Shown here piece after piece: positions 1-12,000 of a stretch of DNA of 64,000 nt. The DNA lies in assembly GCA_950097015.1 (NCBI GenBank), contig CATNEN010000001.1, positions 2,046,001-2,110,000 on the forward strand, written 5' to 3'. A program made the translations under genes and the position numbers. Source of the stretch: Macrostomum hystrix. Lineage: Eukaryota > Animalia > Platyhelminthes. The notes under the pieces are model-generated. The model worked only from the letters and a program-made list of their open reading frames with translations. It made no database searches and had not been told where the DNA came from. The first letter of the stretch is position 1; each line of letters opens with the position of its first letter.

Positions 1-377
1 GGTCAGGCACTCAAACTCCAAGCGAAAGTTATCGGCCGAGGCGTTTAAGACGCGGCTGCTCACGGAGTCGTTCAGGCGCAATGCGGAAGACTGCTCGAAG
101 AAGATTCGGCCGCTGTTTACGTCAGCAGCGACAGCCGTGAACACTGGGCGAATGTGGGCCAGAATCAGATTGGCACATGCGCCTGAACACAGTGGCGGAA
201 CTTCATGAATGTGACGCCTCCATAAGGCATAAATTTATGACGCCTTCCGAACACTTTATTTTTCAATCGTAGGTCTTAAGAAAATTGTTGTTAATCCAAA
301 TGAATAAATATTTACTCACCAGCATTGCTGAGTAGAAGGAAGCAGCTTAGCAGAATTTCGAATGATTCGGTCATCAT
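1..377 (-). CDS. PAN + ALK-like Gly-rich family gene, divergent 'C-type' PAN, partial (exon 1 377-320; exon 2 from 182 running off the window)
   Basis: Exon 1 MMTESFEILLSCFLLLSNAG|gtgag (signal peptide). Acceptor ttcag, then ...NSGRIFFEQSSALRLNDSVSSRVLNASADNFRLEFECLT. The duplicate at 22125-22615 shows the full C-x3-C..C..CQLL..DASVAPGPPG PAN pattern. Confidence 0.75.
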
Positions 378-1959
378 GGCAGTTGTCCTTCCCGTGCTCT
401 AACAGTCTGCTGATATCGTTGCTGCACTTGTTTCTTCTTTTAGAAACGACAGATGCCAGAATTTCAGTCTTTTGTGCCTGCTTTTAAGTGGCTTGTCCCA
501 ATGTCTTTAAGGCCCAGCAAGAACTTTTTGAGACGGAAGCTGAAGTTTTTTATTTCAAGATCTGAGAACAAAAGCCTTCAACCAGCAATCGGAAAGTTTT
601 GCGAGTTTAGGCCTGTTTGCCTTACGCGCTCTGCGGCACAGCTAACAAGATGAGAAAATTTATGAAACCAAGATGGCGATTCAGGTATGAGGAAAGCATT
701 TCCACCGTCTTCTGCACCCAGTAACAGCGGAAGATCGCCTTTTTACCTTGGCCAGTGAAAATCTAGTTTTGAATTAAAATTGAGCCACTATGTGCAATAA
801 ACCTAAGACTTGGCTCCTTCTAAAATTGAAAGCTGAGATGCACGATTTTCCTCCGGCATGCAACCTAAAAGCAATCTTTTAGTTTTCTAGCTTCCATTCT
901 AACGACGAAAATGGCCAGGTAAAAAAGTCCAGAATTACTAATTAAGCGCCTAAAGAATTAGTAAGGCGTTTAATTATGCAGTGGTCCTACAAGAAGGGAA
1001 TTATGCACTATTCTCCAGAATAACTCGAACTGATAATTTCAGAAACGTTTCGGGAAAGTTACGCCGAGCCACCAAGACCATGAATTTGGCCTCGCGGTGG
1101 AATCGAGCTCAGTAAACTTGGTGCGAGAAGCAAACCAATAAAAATATAAATATGCAGATATATTTATATTTATAGATTTTACTGACTCCCAAAGACATAA
1201 AGAAAAGACATGAAAATAGGAATAATAAGTCATTTATGTGCACGAAAATGCCTAAAAATGATGTGCTGTTCCGTTTTCAGTCGAATTCATCGTCGATTAC
1301 AGCATAAGACACTAATGCAGCAGAACCTGAGAAAGAGACAGGGGAGCAACTCTTTTTAGAAATTGACCCCAAATCTGAGCTAACTAGAGTCGGAGTTACA
1401 ATGGCTCTTTATAAAAAACTCTAGAATAGCTACTAACGGTACAAGGTTTGTGAGCAGCAAATGGCAATAGGCTCACGAGAAACTGTACCTCGCAACAGGC
1501 TTGGCTAGTAAATTTTTCAAATTTGCGTCAATCGGAATAGATCCAAAAAGCGTGAACTAAAGTCCAAGCCTTTCTCAGAAACGCATTTCTACCTGACAGA
1601 CTAATTTGAAGGCTTTCCAGTGCTCCACATTATGTCTTCTGCTTCTAAAATACTTGAAAGAAATAATGAGGCTCTGTGGAAGCTGGCCTCGCTGAATTCA
1701 GCACGCAAGTCGTTAAGCAGTGACGATTGCGGCTTAATTAGCAAAGCCGATTGGTAAAGGCAGTTGCTGCTAGTTCACATGGTGAATAATTATTCATCAG
1801 CGCTTCCTGTAGACTATATAGGAGAGCCAATTAGCTTCCGATGGCTTCTACCTGAGACCTGAGTTTCGCCGTTTGAGACAGCGAAAACCAAGGCAAAAGT
1901 TAAACAAATTGAACAACAAACAAAAACTTAGCAATAACGTCACAAAAACTCGACTTGAT
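378..1959. promoter_or_regulatory. Divergent (head-to-head) intergenic region; TATA-like ctatatagg at 1814-1822, CCAAT motifs at about 1750 and 1827
   Basis: Lies between ATG 377(-) and ATG 1960(+). TATATA is about 140 bp upstream of the + gene and is retained in its duplicates. Confidence 0.4.
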
Positions 1960-4404
1960 ATGAGATTCATTGGTGAACTACTGCAAGTTCTAACTTCAGG
2001 TAACCGTTTTCAGATGATTATTTACTACTGCTTAAGTAAATCAAATGATCGCTGCTTAATCTATTAAGGCACTGGGCATGAAAATTGAACAATATCCGCA
2101 ACATGCTGCTCAGTTGCACGAATTGAACAGACAAAAACCATCTCAAATTCTTAGTTAGCAGTGCTCTGCTCTGCAACGCTGCAACCTTCGTCGAGCACGC
2201 CGCTCCCAGCCCGCTGATCATCAGCTCGGATGTCAGCTCTGATGTCATCAACGAGACCGCCTGGAGCAAGGAGCTCGGCTGCCTGAACCTGTGCTCCGAG
2301 AGAGACTGCGCAGCCGTCAGCGTGATCGACAGCGCCGGTGTCTGCCAGCTGGTCTTCTTGAACGACGAGTCCAACGGCACGCGGAGGTCGAATGCCAGTC
2401 ACGTGACCAGAACGGTCGGCGTCGAGCCCGGAGCTAAGGTGTGGAAGCTGTGGAACTTCCAGGAAGTGCTGCTGAGCAGAATGCTCCTCTACAAGTTTAA
2501 CAGTGAGCCTTCAGTATTAAATTGTTAAGTTTTGTATTAAATATTTCACAGCATTTATGCTTTTTACGGTAGAATCGTGTTCACAGTTGTCCCCTGATTT
2601 CACAAGGAGCATTCTCAAACATGTGCTGCTTCCTAAATTGTACACTGATTATCAAAAGAGCACTACGACGTACTTTTATACCGCCTATTAGCTGAGAATT
2701 ATCTAAGCTAAGTTAATAAACTTTGGACGCAGTTTCGTTGGAAAATAAAATTATTATCAGACCTAAGCTTAAAGCCTGTAAACTGAATTCACACAATCGC
2801 TGAAACTGTCTCTCAGATTCCAACTCGGGCAGGCTGGGCTCCATCCAGCAGCTGTCAATCAACTTCACCGGCTGCTACAGCATCAACGCTTGGGGCGCTG
2901 CGGGCGGCTCTAACAGCTTCACCGGCACAACTGGCGGCAGCGGAGCCTTCATGTCGGGCCGCTTCAACCTGACTGCCGGCGTCCAGCTGTCGATTCTTGT
3001 CGGCCAGGCCGGAGGACCAGCCACGGATGGCAGCAGCGGCGGCGGCGGAGGAGGTGGCAGCTTCGTGTATGTCAACGGTTCCAATCGCCCACTGGTAGCG
3101 GCGGGAGGCGGAGGAGGGGCGTCGATAGCTCACTCAGGTCGGTTTGTCTAACAAAGCTGGCATTAATTGTAAACTAGAACGTCCCCGAGCTCGTACAAAA
3201 TATTTATTAGACAGTTTTTTCAGGGCTGCTCGCAAAGGTACATTATTCGGTGATACTAGATGCAGCCAGCGAAGAGACGAATTTTCCCAGTAGCCAGCTG
3301 ACTCCTAAACCCTCATGCACATAGATAATGTACGCAGTCACTCACACAGGTGTGTACATCTTCCCTGACTTTCTCATCGTCAGGTATTGCACACTCTCAC
3401 TGTGCCTTGGTGGTTTGCCCTCAAGAGCAAACGGCTGCGGAATCGAGCTCAGGGACCTTAGCACTAGATGCAAACGCATCAACACTGTAAAACGCAAGAA
3501 TTATAAAAGCGAATTCACAAATACAACCCTGGCAGTTCTCACTGCACCATTCACAATTAAATGTGACTTATATCGCTTTCCACTTTGGTTTACGAGCGTC
3601 CACTTCCGTTTTCTTAAGGAATTTTCGGTCCTGCGTGTCGCTTGGAGTCTGTGGTATTGTCTGTCTCAGGCTGAGGTTCAAATGTTATCAAATAGAATGC
3701 CTGTGTTCAAAGCCCTCCTGCAAATGTTACTATAAGCAGTAGGAGTTGGAGTAGTACTCGCTTGACTGAAACATTCCCAGTATGTTGCCGAGATTGACAT
3801 GTAAGCTACAATCGAACAGAATACCCATAACCAGGCACCTGTGTAACATTGGCACCACTGCTTTTGGCTACTGGCCAATGCCTATTTGAATTTGCAAACC
3901 GTTCACTGACCTGATTTCCTAGGCTTTCCCGGCCAGTCGAGTGTGAACGGATCGGATTCAACTAATCCTGGCTCTAATGCTGGCTTTGGTGGGACGAATG
4001 GTGGTCCGGGATTTAACAAACCTAGCGACACACCCTCTAACAGCAATCACGGAGGCTGCGGTGCTGGCTGGCTGGGTCAGGCCGTGAACTTGAGGAGCAG
4101 TGCCAACGACGGTGATCGAGGCGGAGGCCCAAATCAAAGCTGGACGGGTGGCATCGCTGGAAGTGGCAACACCGGAGTTGGCGGCTTTGGTGGTGGCGGT
4201 GGCGGCGGCGGCAGCGGAGGCGGAGGGGGTGCCGCAGGTGCCGGTGGAGGATACAGCGGCGGCGGCGCTGGAATTGGACAGAATCACGCTGGCGGCGGAG
4301 GCGGCTCCTTCTGTGACGGCGTCGACTGTACTGCCGTCACTGGTGGCAACAGCGACAGTCAGCATGGACAAGTTGTGCTGCAACTGCTGCCGTCTGCATG
4401 CTGA
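1960..4404 (+). CDS. Secreted PAN/Apple + ALK/LTK-like glycine-rich protein, A-type, intact, 396 aa (exons 1960-1999, 2155-2502, 2817-3137, 3923-4404)
   Basis: GT-AG phase-1 introns give one open frame: MRFIGELLQVLTSVSSALLCNA...GCLNLCSERDCAAVSVIDSAGVCQL...GSIQQLSINFTGCYSINAWGAAGG...GRFNLTAGVQLSILVGQAGG..GGGGGGGSFV..PLVAAGGGGG...SFCDGVDC..HGQVVLQLLPSAC. Exon 3 matches the ALK pattern (GIQ-W..Y-I--YGAAGG..G-FNL....L-ILVGQ-G..GGGGGGG-TYV..PLIIAAGGGG). Confidence 0.88.
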
Positions 4405-4525
4405 TTTTGTGTGCAGTCTTACATTCGGAATCACGATCACGAGTAACTACGAGTGAAAACTGTACTGTTAATTTACAATTTTGTCCTTTTAAAAAACTTT
4501 CCATTACGAAGGAATGAACAATAGA

Positions 4526-5715
4526 AAGACCACTTCGGGTATTTGAAAATACTCACTTTTTCTTTATCTGCATCTCCGAATGTGTTCAACGAAACGCCAT
4601 GAAGATCCAGAACTATAACGAAAAATTTGTTTGTTTACGGCACAGATACTATAATAACTATGGTTATTATAGATACTGTAGTATCTGGGGTTTACGGTAA
4701 AACGATTTCCAGAATAACGAAACATCGGCATTTGAATATTTGAGATATTCAACGATTCAACGAGTCGTGGTGTGACGAAATAACCAGCAACGGAGTCAGG
4801 CGAAACTCAATCCCAATTGTAGTTAGAATCCTCGTAAGTCAATGTAGCGGTAGCACTTTTAGATTGATCTCGTTTATTCGCACTGGGACATACGACAAGC
4901 AGGATGATTTGGTCAGGCGCAGGAGCTCAATGGTAACAATGCGACACGTGCAATAACTAGTAGTGGGGAAGTAATTGACAGGACGAATAACAGTGCAAAT
5001 AACAGTGGACGGGACGAGAGGTTCAAGAGCCGGGTTAACGAGACAGAGAGAGAAAGGAAGGAAGGAAGGAAGGAAGGACGGAAGGAAGGTGAAGCGCGAT
5101 CGGGCTCGGGGGCCCTAGTTAAATAAACTAGCCCGCAGAATAAACAGAGCAATCGATAAATCTAGTCAGAAAGAGCTCGCACGCTCATTGGACGGGGTAG
5201 TTAACATTGAAACGCGCGTATAGAAAACAAGCTAGGGTGGCGTGATGTACATTGGCGTCTACTTACAGTCTACTTACTCTGACAATTTTAAATGATTATA
5301 CGAAACCGCAGAAGTTGGTGATAGTTAAATGACATTAGTTAAACGGCCCAAGTTAGAACCACATAAATTTAACCTCATAGGGGCGCTTGCAACAAGTGAC
5401 AACGTCACAGTGGCATCATATTTCTGCTCACAAATTTTCATCATGGTTTTATATGCGATATTATTGTTGGCTGTGATGCATTGATTGTATTCTTAGTTTT
5501 TTTATAATTGTACCAATATGGTGGCATTGAGGTTTATAGTAATCAATGTTATTTGTCCTTGTCAGCTAGGTCTTTGAGAAAACTCGCTGAATGTCTCGAC
5601 GATGCTGACTCGGTCGGCTTCGAAAGTTAGTTCATCGTAAAAAGTGGAAAACTTAGATCCATGTGGTGGACACTCACGAAAATTGGTCACTCGGCTTGGG
5701 AGCTACCGTGAGGTT
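4526..5715. mobile_element. Dispersed non-autonomous repeat (MITE-like family), interrupted by a solo LTR
   Basis: The blocks agacca..gggtattt(c)aaatac, ctgctcacaaa(a)tttcatcatgg, ccaatatgg, gatgctgactcgg and tggtgga..cacgaaaat recur at about 12300-12640, 45004-45496 and 59770-60000. Boundaries are approximate. Confidence 0.45.
4771..5267 (-). mobile_element. Solo LTR-like element (497 bp)
   Basis: TG...CA termini; AATAAA on the minus strand; same-length copy at 31374-31870 with a near 4-bp TSD (ctac/ccac). Confidence 0.55.
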
Positions 5716-6104
5716 GCAGTTGGCAGAGTTTGACGAAGGATAACATAGTTTTCTCAAATTTTGTATTAGAAAATATATTTCCTGTAAAAATAATTGACAA
5801 GCGAAATAACAAAAAATTATCTTTGCCTGACCTTCTTTCGCACGAATTTAGTTTTAAAGGAACTCGAATAACTGAATTAAAAAAACGCGGAACGAGCAGG
5901 TTGAAAGCCTAAATTTTAGCAATTTTTTTTCCAAATTAGACTAAACTACGAGTTTCAACTCCTATTCAACAGACGACAGCGAAAAGCTGCAGCAAAACCG
6001 TTGAAATAAGCTGTAGAGTGGGTAAGAATTGCTATAAAAGCTGAGGCAAAAAGCCTGAAAAATTCAGCGTGAAATTCGCAGCTTGATTGTGAAAGCGCTT
6101 TGAC

Positions 6105-7497
6105 ATGTACATTCGCATCCAACATTGTCTAGCTTTGGGCGGTGAGTTCTTTTTGATATAATATTTGAGTAATAAGCGATCAAACCAGATCTACTTTGGA
6201 CTAATTCAACCATGACCCCTTTTAGTAAATCTTGCAGATACTAGATTGTTGATCACTCTACTCACTCTGGACATGATCCCCATCAAAATGATGAACTCAT
6301 TTACTCTGCAGCCTTGCTGACGAATGCGGAGGCCAGCTGCGGTCGCTTCGTCCGCTCCTCCGGCCCTGTCACGATCGACCCGACCGTCAGCAGTGACGTG
6401 ATTCAGCGAGGCCAGCTCGGCCTCGGTCCAAGACTGCCTACTCCGATGCCGCATGAGGGGCTGCGTCGCAGTTAGCCTTCTGCAAAGCAGCCTCGTGTGC
6501 CACCAGCTGTTCATCAAGGACGCCTCGCTGACTGCCGGACCGCCAGGGAGTCACGTGTGGAGGTCGCTGGGCTCTGAGTCCGATGCCGTCGTTTTGGAAG
6601 GCAGTCGACATCGAGAACGTCATCAGGATGAGGATCGGCTTAACATCACCATCGAGTTTAAAAGTGGGTTCTTTTCCAAAAGAAACAATGCTTTTAGCAT
6701 TTTCTTAACTAATGACCATGAATCGCAGATACCAGCATTGACTGGCTGGGCTCCATCCAGCAGTTGTCAATCAACTTGACTGGCTGCTACCGTATAGATG
6801 CCTGGGGCGCTGCGGGAGGCTCCATCAACTTCACCGCCAAAGCTGGTGGCAGCGGTGCCCTTATTTCAGGTCTCTTCAACTTGACTTCTGGCACCCAGCT
6901 GTCGATTCTTGTTGGTCAAGTCTGAGGATCGGTCGTCGATGGCAGTTGCGGTGCCGGTGAGAGTGGTGGAAGCTTTCTATTTTCAGTGGCAGGAGTACAT
7001 AATCAATTTAAAATGCAACTTCAGTTGATTCGGGACAAGCTGGAGAGAGCGGAACCGACTCCAGTGCGGCGAGCTCCAAAATGGGATTCGGTAGTGCCCA
7101 TGGAAATCCTGCTACAATGACCCAAGCAGCACTTAGCTGGCCTGCAACCACGGCGGCTGCGGTGCCGGCTGGCTCGGCAGGCCGCTCAACCCTCGTCGAA
7201 GCGTCTCTGACGGTGATCGAGGTGGTAGCTTTTTCGAAGGCTGGGATGGTGGCTCAGCTGGCAACGTCAACACCGGCGATGGCGGCTTCGGAGGCGGCGG
7301 TGGAGCTGGTGGAACAGACAGCCGGTGCTGGAGGTGCGGGCGGCGGCTTCAGCGCAGGCGGCGCCGGTGTCGAAATCCATCACGCCGGCGGTGGAGGTGG
7401 CTCGTATTGCGATGGCCTCGACTGCGTTGGCGTCTCTGGTGACAACGGAGTCACTCAGCAGAGTCGAGTGGTACTGCGGCTGTTGTCCTACTACTGA
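6105..7497 (+). pseudogene. B-type PAN + Gly-rich family pseudogene
   Basis: Exon 1 MYIRIQHCLALG|gtgag; exon 2 from 6312 with 1-nt insertions (gtgattcagc, gtcgttttgg); in-frame TGA in exon 3 (about 6923); frameshifted exon 4 ending VVLRLLSYY*. Confidence 0.85.
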
Positions 7498-8109
7498 TGT
7501 CTGATGTCTGATGTCTCAGCATTTGATTATTCCTATGGGTTGGTGACTGTGAGATTTGTATTTTGAATGGACGTCTTAGGATGGACATTTTTCGCGAGAA
7601 CGTATTGTTGCTTTTAGTTTTGGGATGCACTTTGCGATGTTATTTTGTATCGCTTTCGATTTGATTCTGGTAACTTTGTTAAGTTATTTAACTTTGGCAT
7701 GTACGCTCGTATGCCTGTGGTATGTGATCTTGTGCGATGTTATCTTGTACCGCTTTGGGATGTATCTTTGGGATGTACGTCTTCGGAATAGATATCTTTG
7801 AGATTATTTTTTTGGAATGATGTAGTTGAGATGCACCTACCCGTATTTCGCACTTAGGCACGTGGAAAATTGGCACTGAAAGAATCTCAGCTTCCTATCC
7901 ACAGAAAACTGGTTGTCTGCGCAGCAAACGAAACATTTCACTTCGTTGATTGTTCCAAAAGAAGTCAAAAACTTGCGCTTTAATCTATGTTACCAGAATT
8001 CACAGACCGTAGCATATCCTCTGTTTATCGACTGACAATGGTTTCTAAGCCTCGCAGCCGGAAAGGCATTGTGCGAAAATATCATGAGCGCCAATTGGGT
8101 ACATGTCAG

Positions 8110-8410
8110 CTTGTGTTTGTGATGGATGCGCTTGTGATGGATGCGCTTGTGATGGATGCGCTTGTGATGGATGTGGTTGTGATGGATGTGTTTGTGATGG
8201 ATGTGTTTGTGATGAATGTGCTTGTGATGAATGTGTTCGTAATGGATGTGTATGTGATGAATGTGTTTGTGATGAATGTGTTTGTGATGAATATGTTTCT
8301 TATGGGTGTATTGCGATGAAAGTTTGAATGGATTTAGATGTTGGATGATGGATGTTTGTGATGGTTGTGTTTGTGATGAGTGTTTTTGGGATAAAAATTT
8401 TTGTGATGGA
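8110..8410 (+). repeat. 15-bp minisatellite (GATGGATGTGCTTGT)n within a dispersed repeat
   Basis: Tandem units visible; inverted copies at about 10965-11215 and 28585-29095 share the same flanks. Confidence 0.9.
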
Positions 8411-8604
8411 TCTCATATGTCATTGACCCACTTCTCTATAACTAATCACTAGACATTGACCAGTTGTTAGTCACTAATGACTCACCGTCACTATGCCTAA
8501 ATCACTCCTGAAGAACCGCTAATGATGATTCGAAAACGAATTTTCGAGTCTTTGTTGCAGCCTTGACTACAGTACTAGCGTGTATGCTAGACGAGATAAA
8601 TTGG

Positions 8605-9290
8605 ATTAGAAATTCTGCCATCAATGAGCACCTTCTCTCGTGTAACTCCTGTTGCAATAAGAACTGTTGTGATATGTTTAAAGTGATTCATTCCTGTAGC
8701 CAAGAAAACAAGTTGAACATTCTCGAGGCTATGTACATTAAGGCTCAGAAAGCATATTTGAACAGTCAGTTAGCCATGGGGGTGCAAGCCGCCATATCAA
8801 CGTGTTTTAGCTATGTTAGAAGCGTCTTTGAATTTTCTTTGGTTTTTTTCTCTTGTTAACCGGACTGGACCGAAATTGATTCGCACATTGCATTGTACAG
8901 TTTTCATTTCTTAAAAAATATAACTTGGTATAAAAGTTTCGATGTCAAACAAACAAACATTTGTGTGAGAATTGAGTGAGCATTGTGTGAGAAATGAACC
9001 AGTGATTGTCCCTTATGCATTATGAAAAAACAATAGGATTGCTTTACGCTCAGAATTGTAGTTGTTAAACCTGTGGTAGAGGCAGAAACGACTGTGTTAG
9101 AGATAGTGTAATTAGGAGACAGGTAAAAATAATCTGTATCAAAATAGTATGTGTGCTTTGCTCGCACACAAAATTCTATGATTTTCGAAGTATTCAAAAC
9201 ATAGTCGCTTGTCATCACAAACATAATGTATAGCGCCTTAAATGTCACTGTGCAAGAACTTGTGTAAGAATTTTTTCCGACCAGCGAAAA
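8605..9290 (+). mobile_element. Degenerate Penelope-like retroelement relic (GIY-YIG C-terminus)
   Basis: SAINEHLLSCNSC..MFKVIHSCSQENKLNILEAMYIKAQKAYLNSQL matches the PLE endonuclease tail SAIxEHL..F-II..L-ILEAxxI....LNxQ. A broken KHNV..LKCHC motif lies near 9220-9255. Confidence 0.6.
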
Positions 9291-9459
9291 CATGTGACGG
9301 CTGTTGAATTTGTTGACTGAATTCAGAAATCTGAAATTTTGTTTCGATGCGGCAGTACGATGTCACTTTTCCTGTTAAGGTTAGCGCTACAGGTTAAGTT
9401 TCAGTTATGCCTCTCAGGAAATCGCTGACCCACATTTCTCTCCTTGATTCGCTATTCAG

Positions 9460-10753
9460 TGTCCCTGGCAAAACTCAATCATCAGCTGCAGCCGCTTCGT
9501 CCGCTCCTCCGGCCCTCTCACGATCGACCCGACAGTCAGCAGTGACGTGATCAGCGAGGCCAGCTCGGCCTCGGTCCAAGACTGCCTGCTCCGATCCCGC
9601 ATGAGAGGCTGCGTCGCAGTTAGCCTTCTGCAGAGCAGCCTCGTGTGCCAGCAGCTACTGATCAAGGACGCCTCGCTGACTGCCGGACCGCCAGGGAGTC
9701 ACGTGTGGAGGTCGTTCGGTGCCGCATGGGACGCCTTTATTTTGAAGGCAGACAACACGGAAAGCGTCATCCAGATGAGGCGGCTCAACATCACGAGGGA
9801 GTATAGGGGTGGGTGCCATATTCGGCAAACCTTCGCTACATTTCTATGATGTGTTGTTCCAAGAATCTGCAATTTGTTCCAGGCTCGAGCTCAGGTAGGC
9901 TAGGATCCGTTCAGCAGCTGCTCATTAACATGACTGGCTGCTACCGCATCGATGCCTTTGGTGCAGCGGGTGGCGCAAACAACTTCACTTTTAGCGACGG
10001 TGGAAGCGGAGCCTTCATGTCGGGCCGCTTCAACCTGACTGCCGGCACCCGGCTTTCTATTCTGGTTGGCCAAGCCTGCGGACCGGCTGCCAACGAAAGT
10101 TGTGGGGGAGGAGGCGGCGGCGGTAGCTTCGTGTTTGTCAGCTCTAACATTCGACCTCTTCTCGCAGCTGGAGGTGGCGGTGGAGCTTCTTTTTCGCATT
10201 CAGGTTGCCCTACTTTGAGGAAAAAATCCATACTGAATGATAAGATGTTGGGAGATTTTACAAATTTTGGTTTTTTAGGTCTTCCCGGACAGGCTTGAGA
10301 GAACGGAACCGACTCCAGTCCGGCGAACTCCAAATGGGATTCGGTGGTGCCAATGGAAATCCTAGCTACAATGACCCAAGCAGCACTCAGCTGGCCTGCA
10401 ACCACGGCGTCTGCGGTGCCGGCTGGCTCGGCAGGCCGCTCAACCCTCGTCGAAGCGTCTCTGACGGTGATCGAAGTGGTAGCTTTGCCGAAGGCTGGGC
10501 TGGTGGCTCAGCTGGCAACGGCAACTCCGGCGATGGCGGCTTCGGAGGCGGCGGCGGAGCTGGTGGAACAGACAGCGAAAAAACCAGTGCTGGAGGTGCA
10601 GGCGGCGGCTTCAGCGGAGGCGGCGCCGGTGTTGGAATCCATCACGTCGGCGGTGGAGGCGGCTCGTATTGCGAAGGCCTGGACTGCCATGGCATGCTTG
10701 GGGGCAACAGAGACAGCCAGCAGGGACGAGTGACACTGCGGCTGTTGTCCTAA
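9460..10753 (+). pseudogene. B-type PAN + Gly-rich family pseudogene
   Basis: Exons 2-4 recognisable; +1 frameshift at the start of exon 2; GGA>TGA stop (GLPGQA*) at 10296 and a further 1-nt deletion in exon 4. Confidence 0.85.
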
Positions 10754-10859
10754 CTCTGCTAATGCCGCTGCGTACTAATATTATATACAGCCCTCGTATG
10801 AAAAACTACAAAGGGTCCTTGGACGGGTCTTGGCTATTGATAATGAATCTGGAGGTATT

Positions 10860-11530
10860 TTATTGACTGCAGACGACTACAGTTCGTCTGTAGTCATTAG
10901 TCAGTGAGACTGTGACTATGTCATTTATCACTGATAACTCATCTCTGATCAGTGTGTCAAAGACATTCATCACACATACATCACAAACGCGACCATCACA
11001 AGCACATCCATCACAAGCACATCCATCACAAGCACATCCATGACAACCACATCCTTCACAAGCACATCCATCACAAGCACATCCATCACAAGCACATCCA
11101 TGACAAGCACATCCATCACAAGCGCATCCATCACAAGCGCATCCATCACAAGCACATCCATCACAAGCACATCCATCACAAACACATCCATCACAAGCGC
11201 ATCCATCACAAACACAAGCTGACATGTACCCAATTGGCGCTAATGATATTTTCGCACAATGCCTTTCCGACTGCGAGGCTTAGAAACCATTGTCAGTCGA
11301 TAAACAGAGGATATGCCACAGTGTGTGAATTCTGGTAAAATAACGATTAAAGCGCACGTTTTGACTTCTTTTGGAACAACAACGAAGTGAAATGTTTCAT
11401 TTGCTCTGCAGACAACCAGTTTTATGGGAGGTAGGAAGCTGAGGTGTAATTTTTCAGTGCCAATGTTCCACGTGCCTAAGTGCGAAATACGAGTAGGTGC
11501 ATCTCAACTACATCATTCCAAAAAAATCTC
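10860..11530 (-). repeat. Inverted copy of the 15-bp-minisatellite-bearing dispersed repeat (cf. about 7800-8480)
   Basis: Reverse-complement identity of the flanks (cagtgccaatgttccacgtgcctaagtgcg; gacatgtacccaattggcg) and of the CATCCATCACAAGCA units. Confidence 0.85.
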
Positions 11531-11710
11531 AATGGTAGATTATATAGTATGTTACGGCGTTAAATAATGGCCATAGACACTCGTGCGTTTCGTTGCCAGC
11601 GCTAAGGAATGACAAAATAGTGCGTGTCATTATAATACTCTTGCGTATTATTGCGCACTCGTGTTATGGCCATTATTTAACTCCGTAACATACTATATAA
11701 TCTACCATTG
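11531..11710. mobile_element. 180-bp hairpin/MITE with 45-bp terminal inverted repeats
   Basis: aatggtagattatatagtatgttacgg(c/a)gttaaataatggccata at 11531-11575 and its reverse complement at 11666-11710 (1 mismatch). Confidence 0.7.
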
Positions 11711-12000
11711 TTACCGCCGGTGACGCCGCTACAGTCAACACCGCCACAGAAGGAGCCAGCGCCTCCGCCTGCATGGTACGAGGCCAAACCGGCTCCTCCG
11801 CCGCTGTAGCCGCCTCCACCACCGCCGCCGAATCCGCCAACACGGGTGTTGCGTGTTCACGCGAGGCCGACAATCCAGCCGTCGGAGTGGCTGCCACCAC
11901 GGACGCCATCGTTAGCACTTTTTCTGACATTCAACGGCACTCCAAGCCATCGAGCGCCGCAGCCACCGTGGTGGTTGTTCGCATCAGTAGCCGACGGATA
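11700..12000 (-). pseudogene. Orphan degenerate exon 4 of the family
   Basis: Reads NHHGGCGARWLGVPLNVRKSANDGVRGG..GWIVGLA*..VGGFGGGGGGGYSGGGAG..HAGGGAGSFCGGVDCSGVTGGN. Confidence 0.75.

Noticed and set aside
453-1233. Short ORFs conserved between 453/22691 and 1039/24182
   Set aside because: Conservation is explained by the recent segmental duplication; no coding features.
1960-4404. Calling the genes ALK/LTK orthologs
   Set aside because: Only the Gly-rich extracellular module is shared. There are no MAM, LDLa, EGF, TM or kinase exons, and each copy stops after exon 4.
2855-4456. Pro-rich and Ala-rich ORFs overlapping the Gly-rich exons (many throughout the window)
   Set aside because: Antisense or alternative-frame shadows of GGC-rich coding exons.
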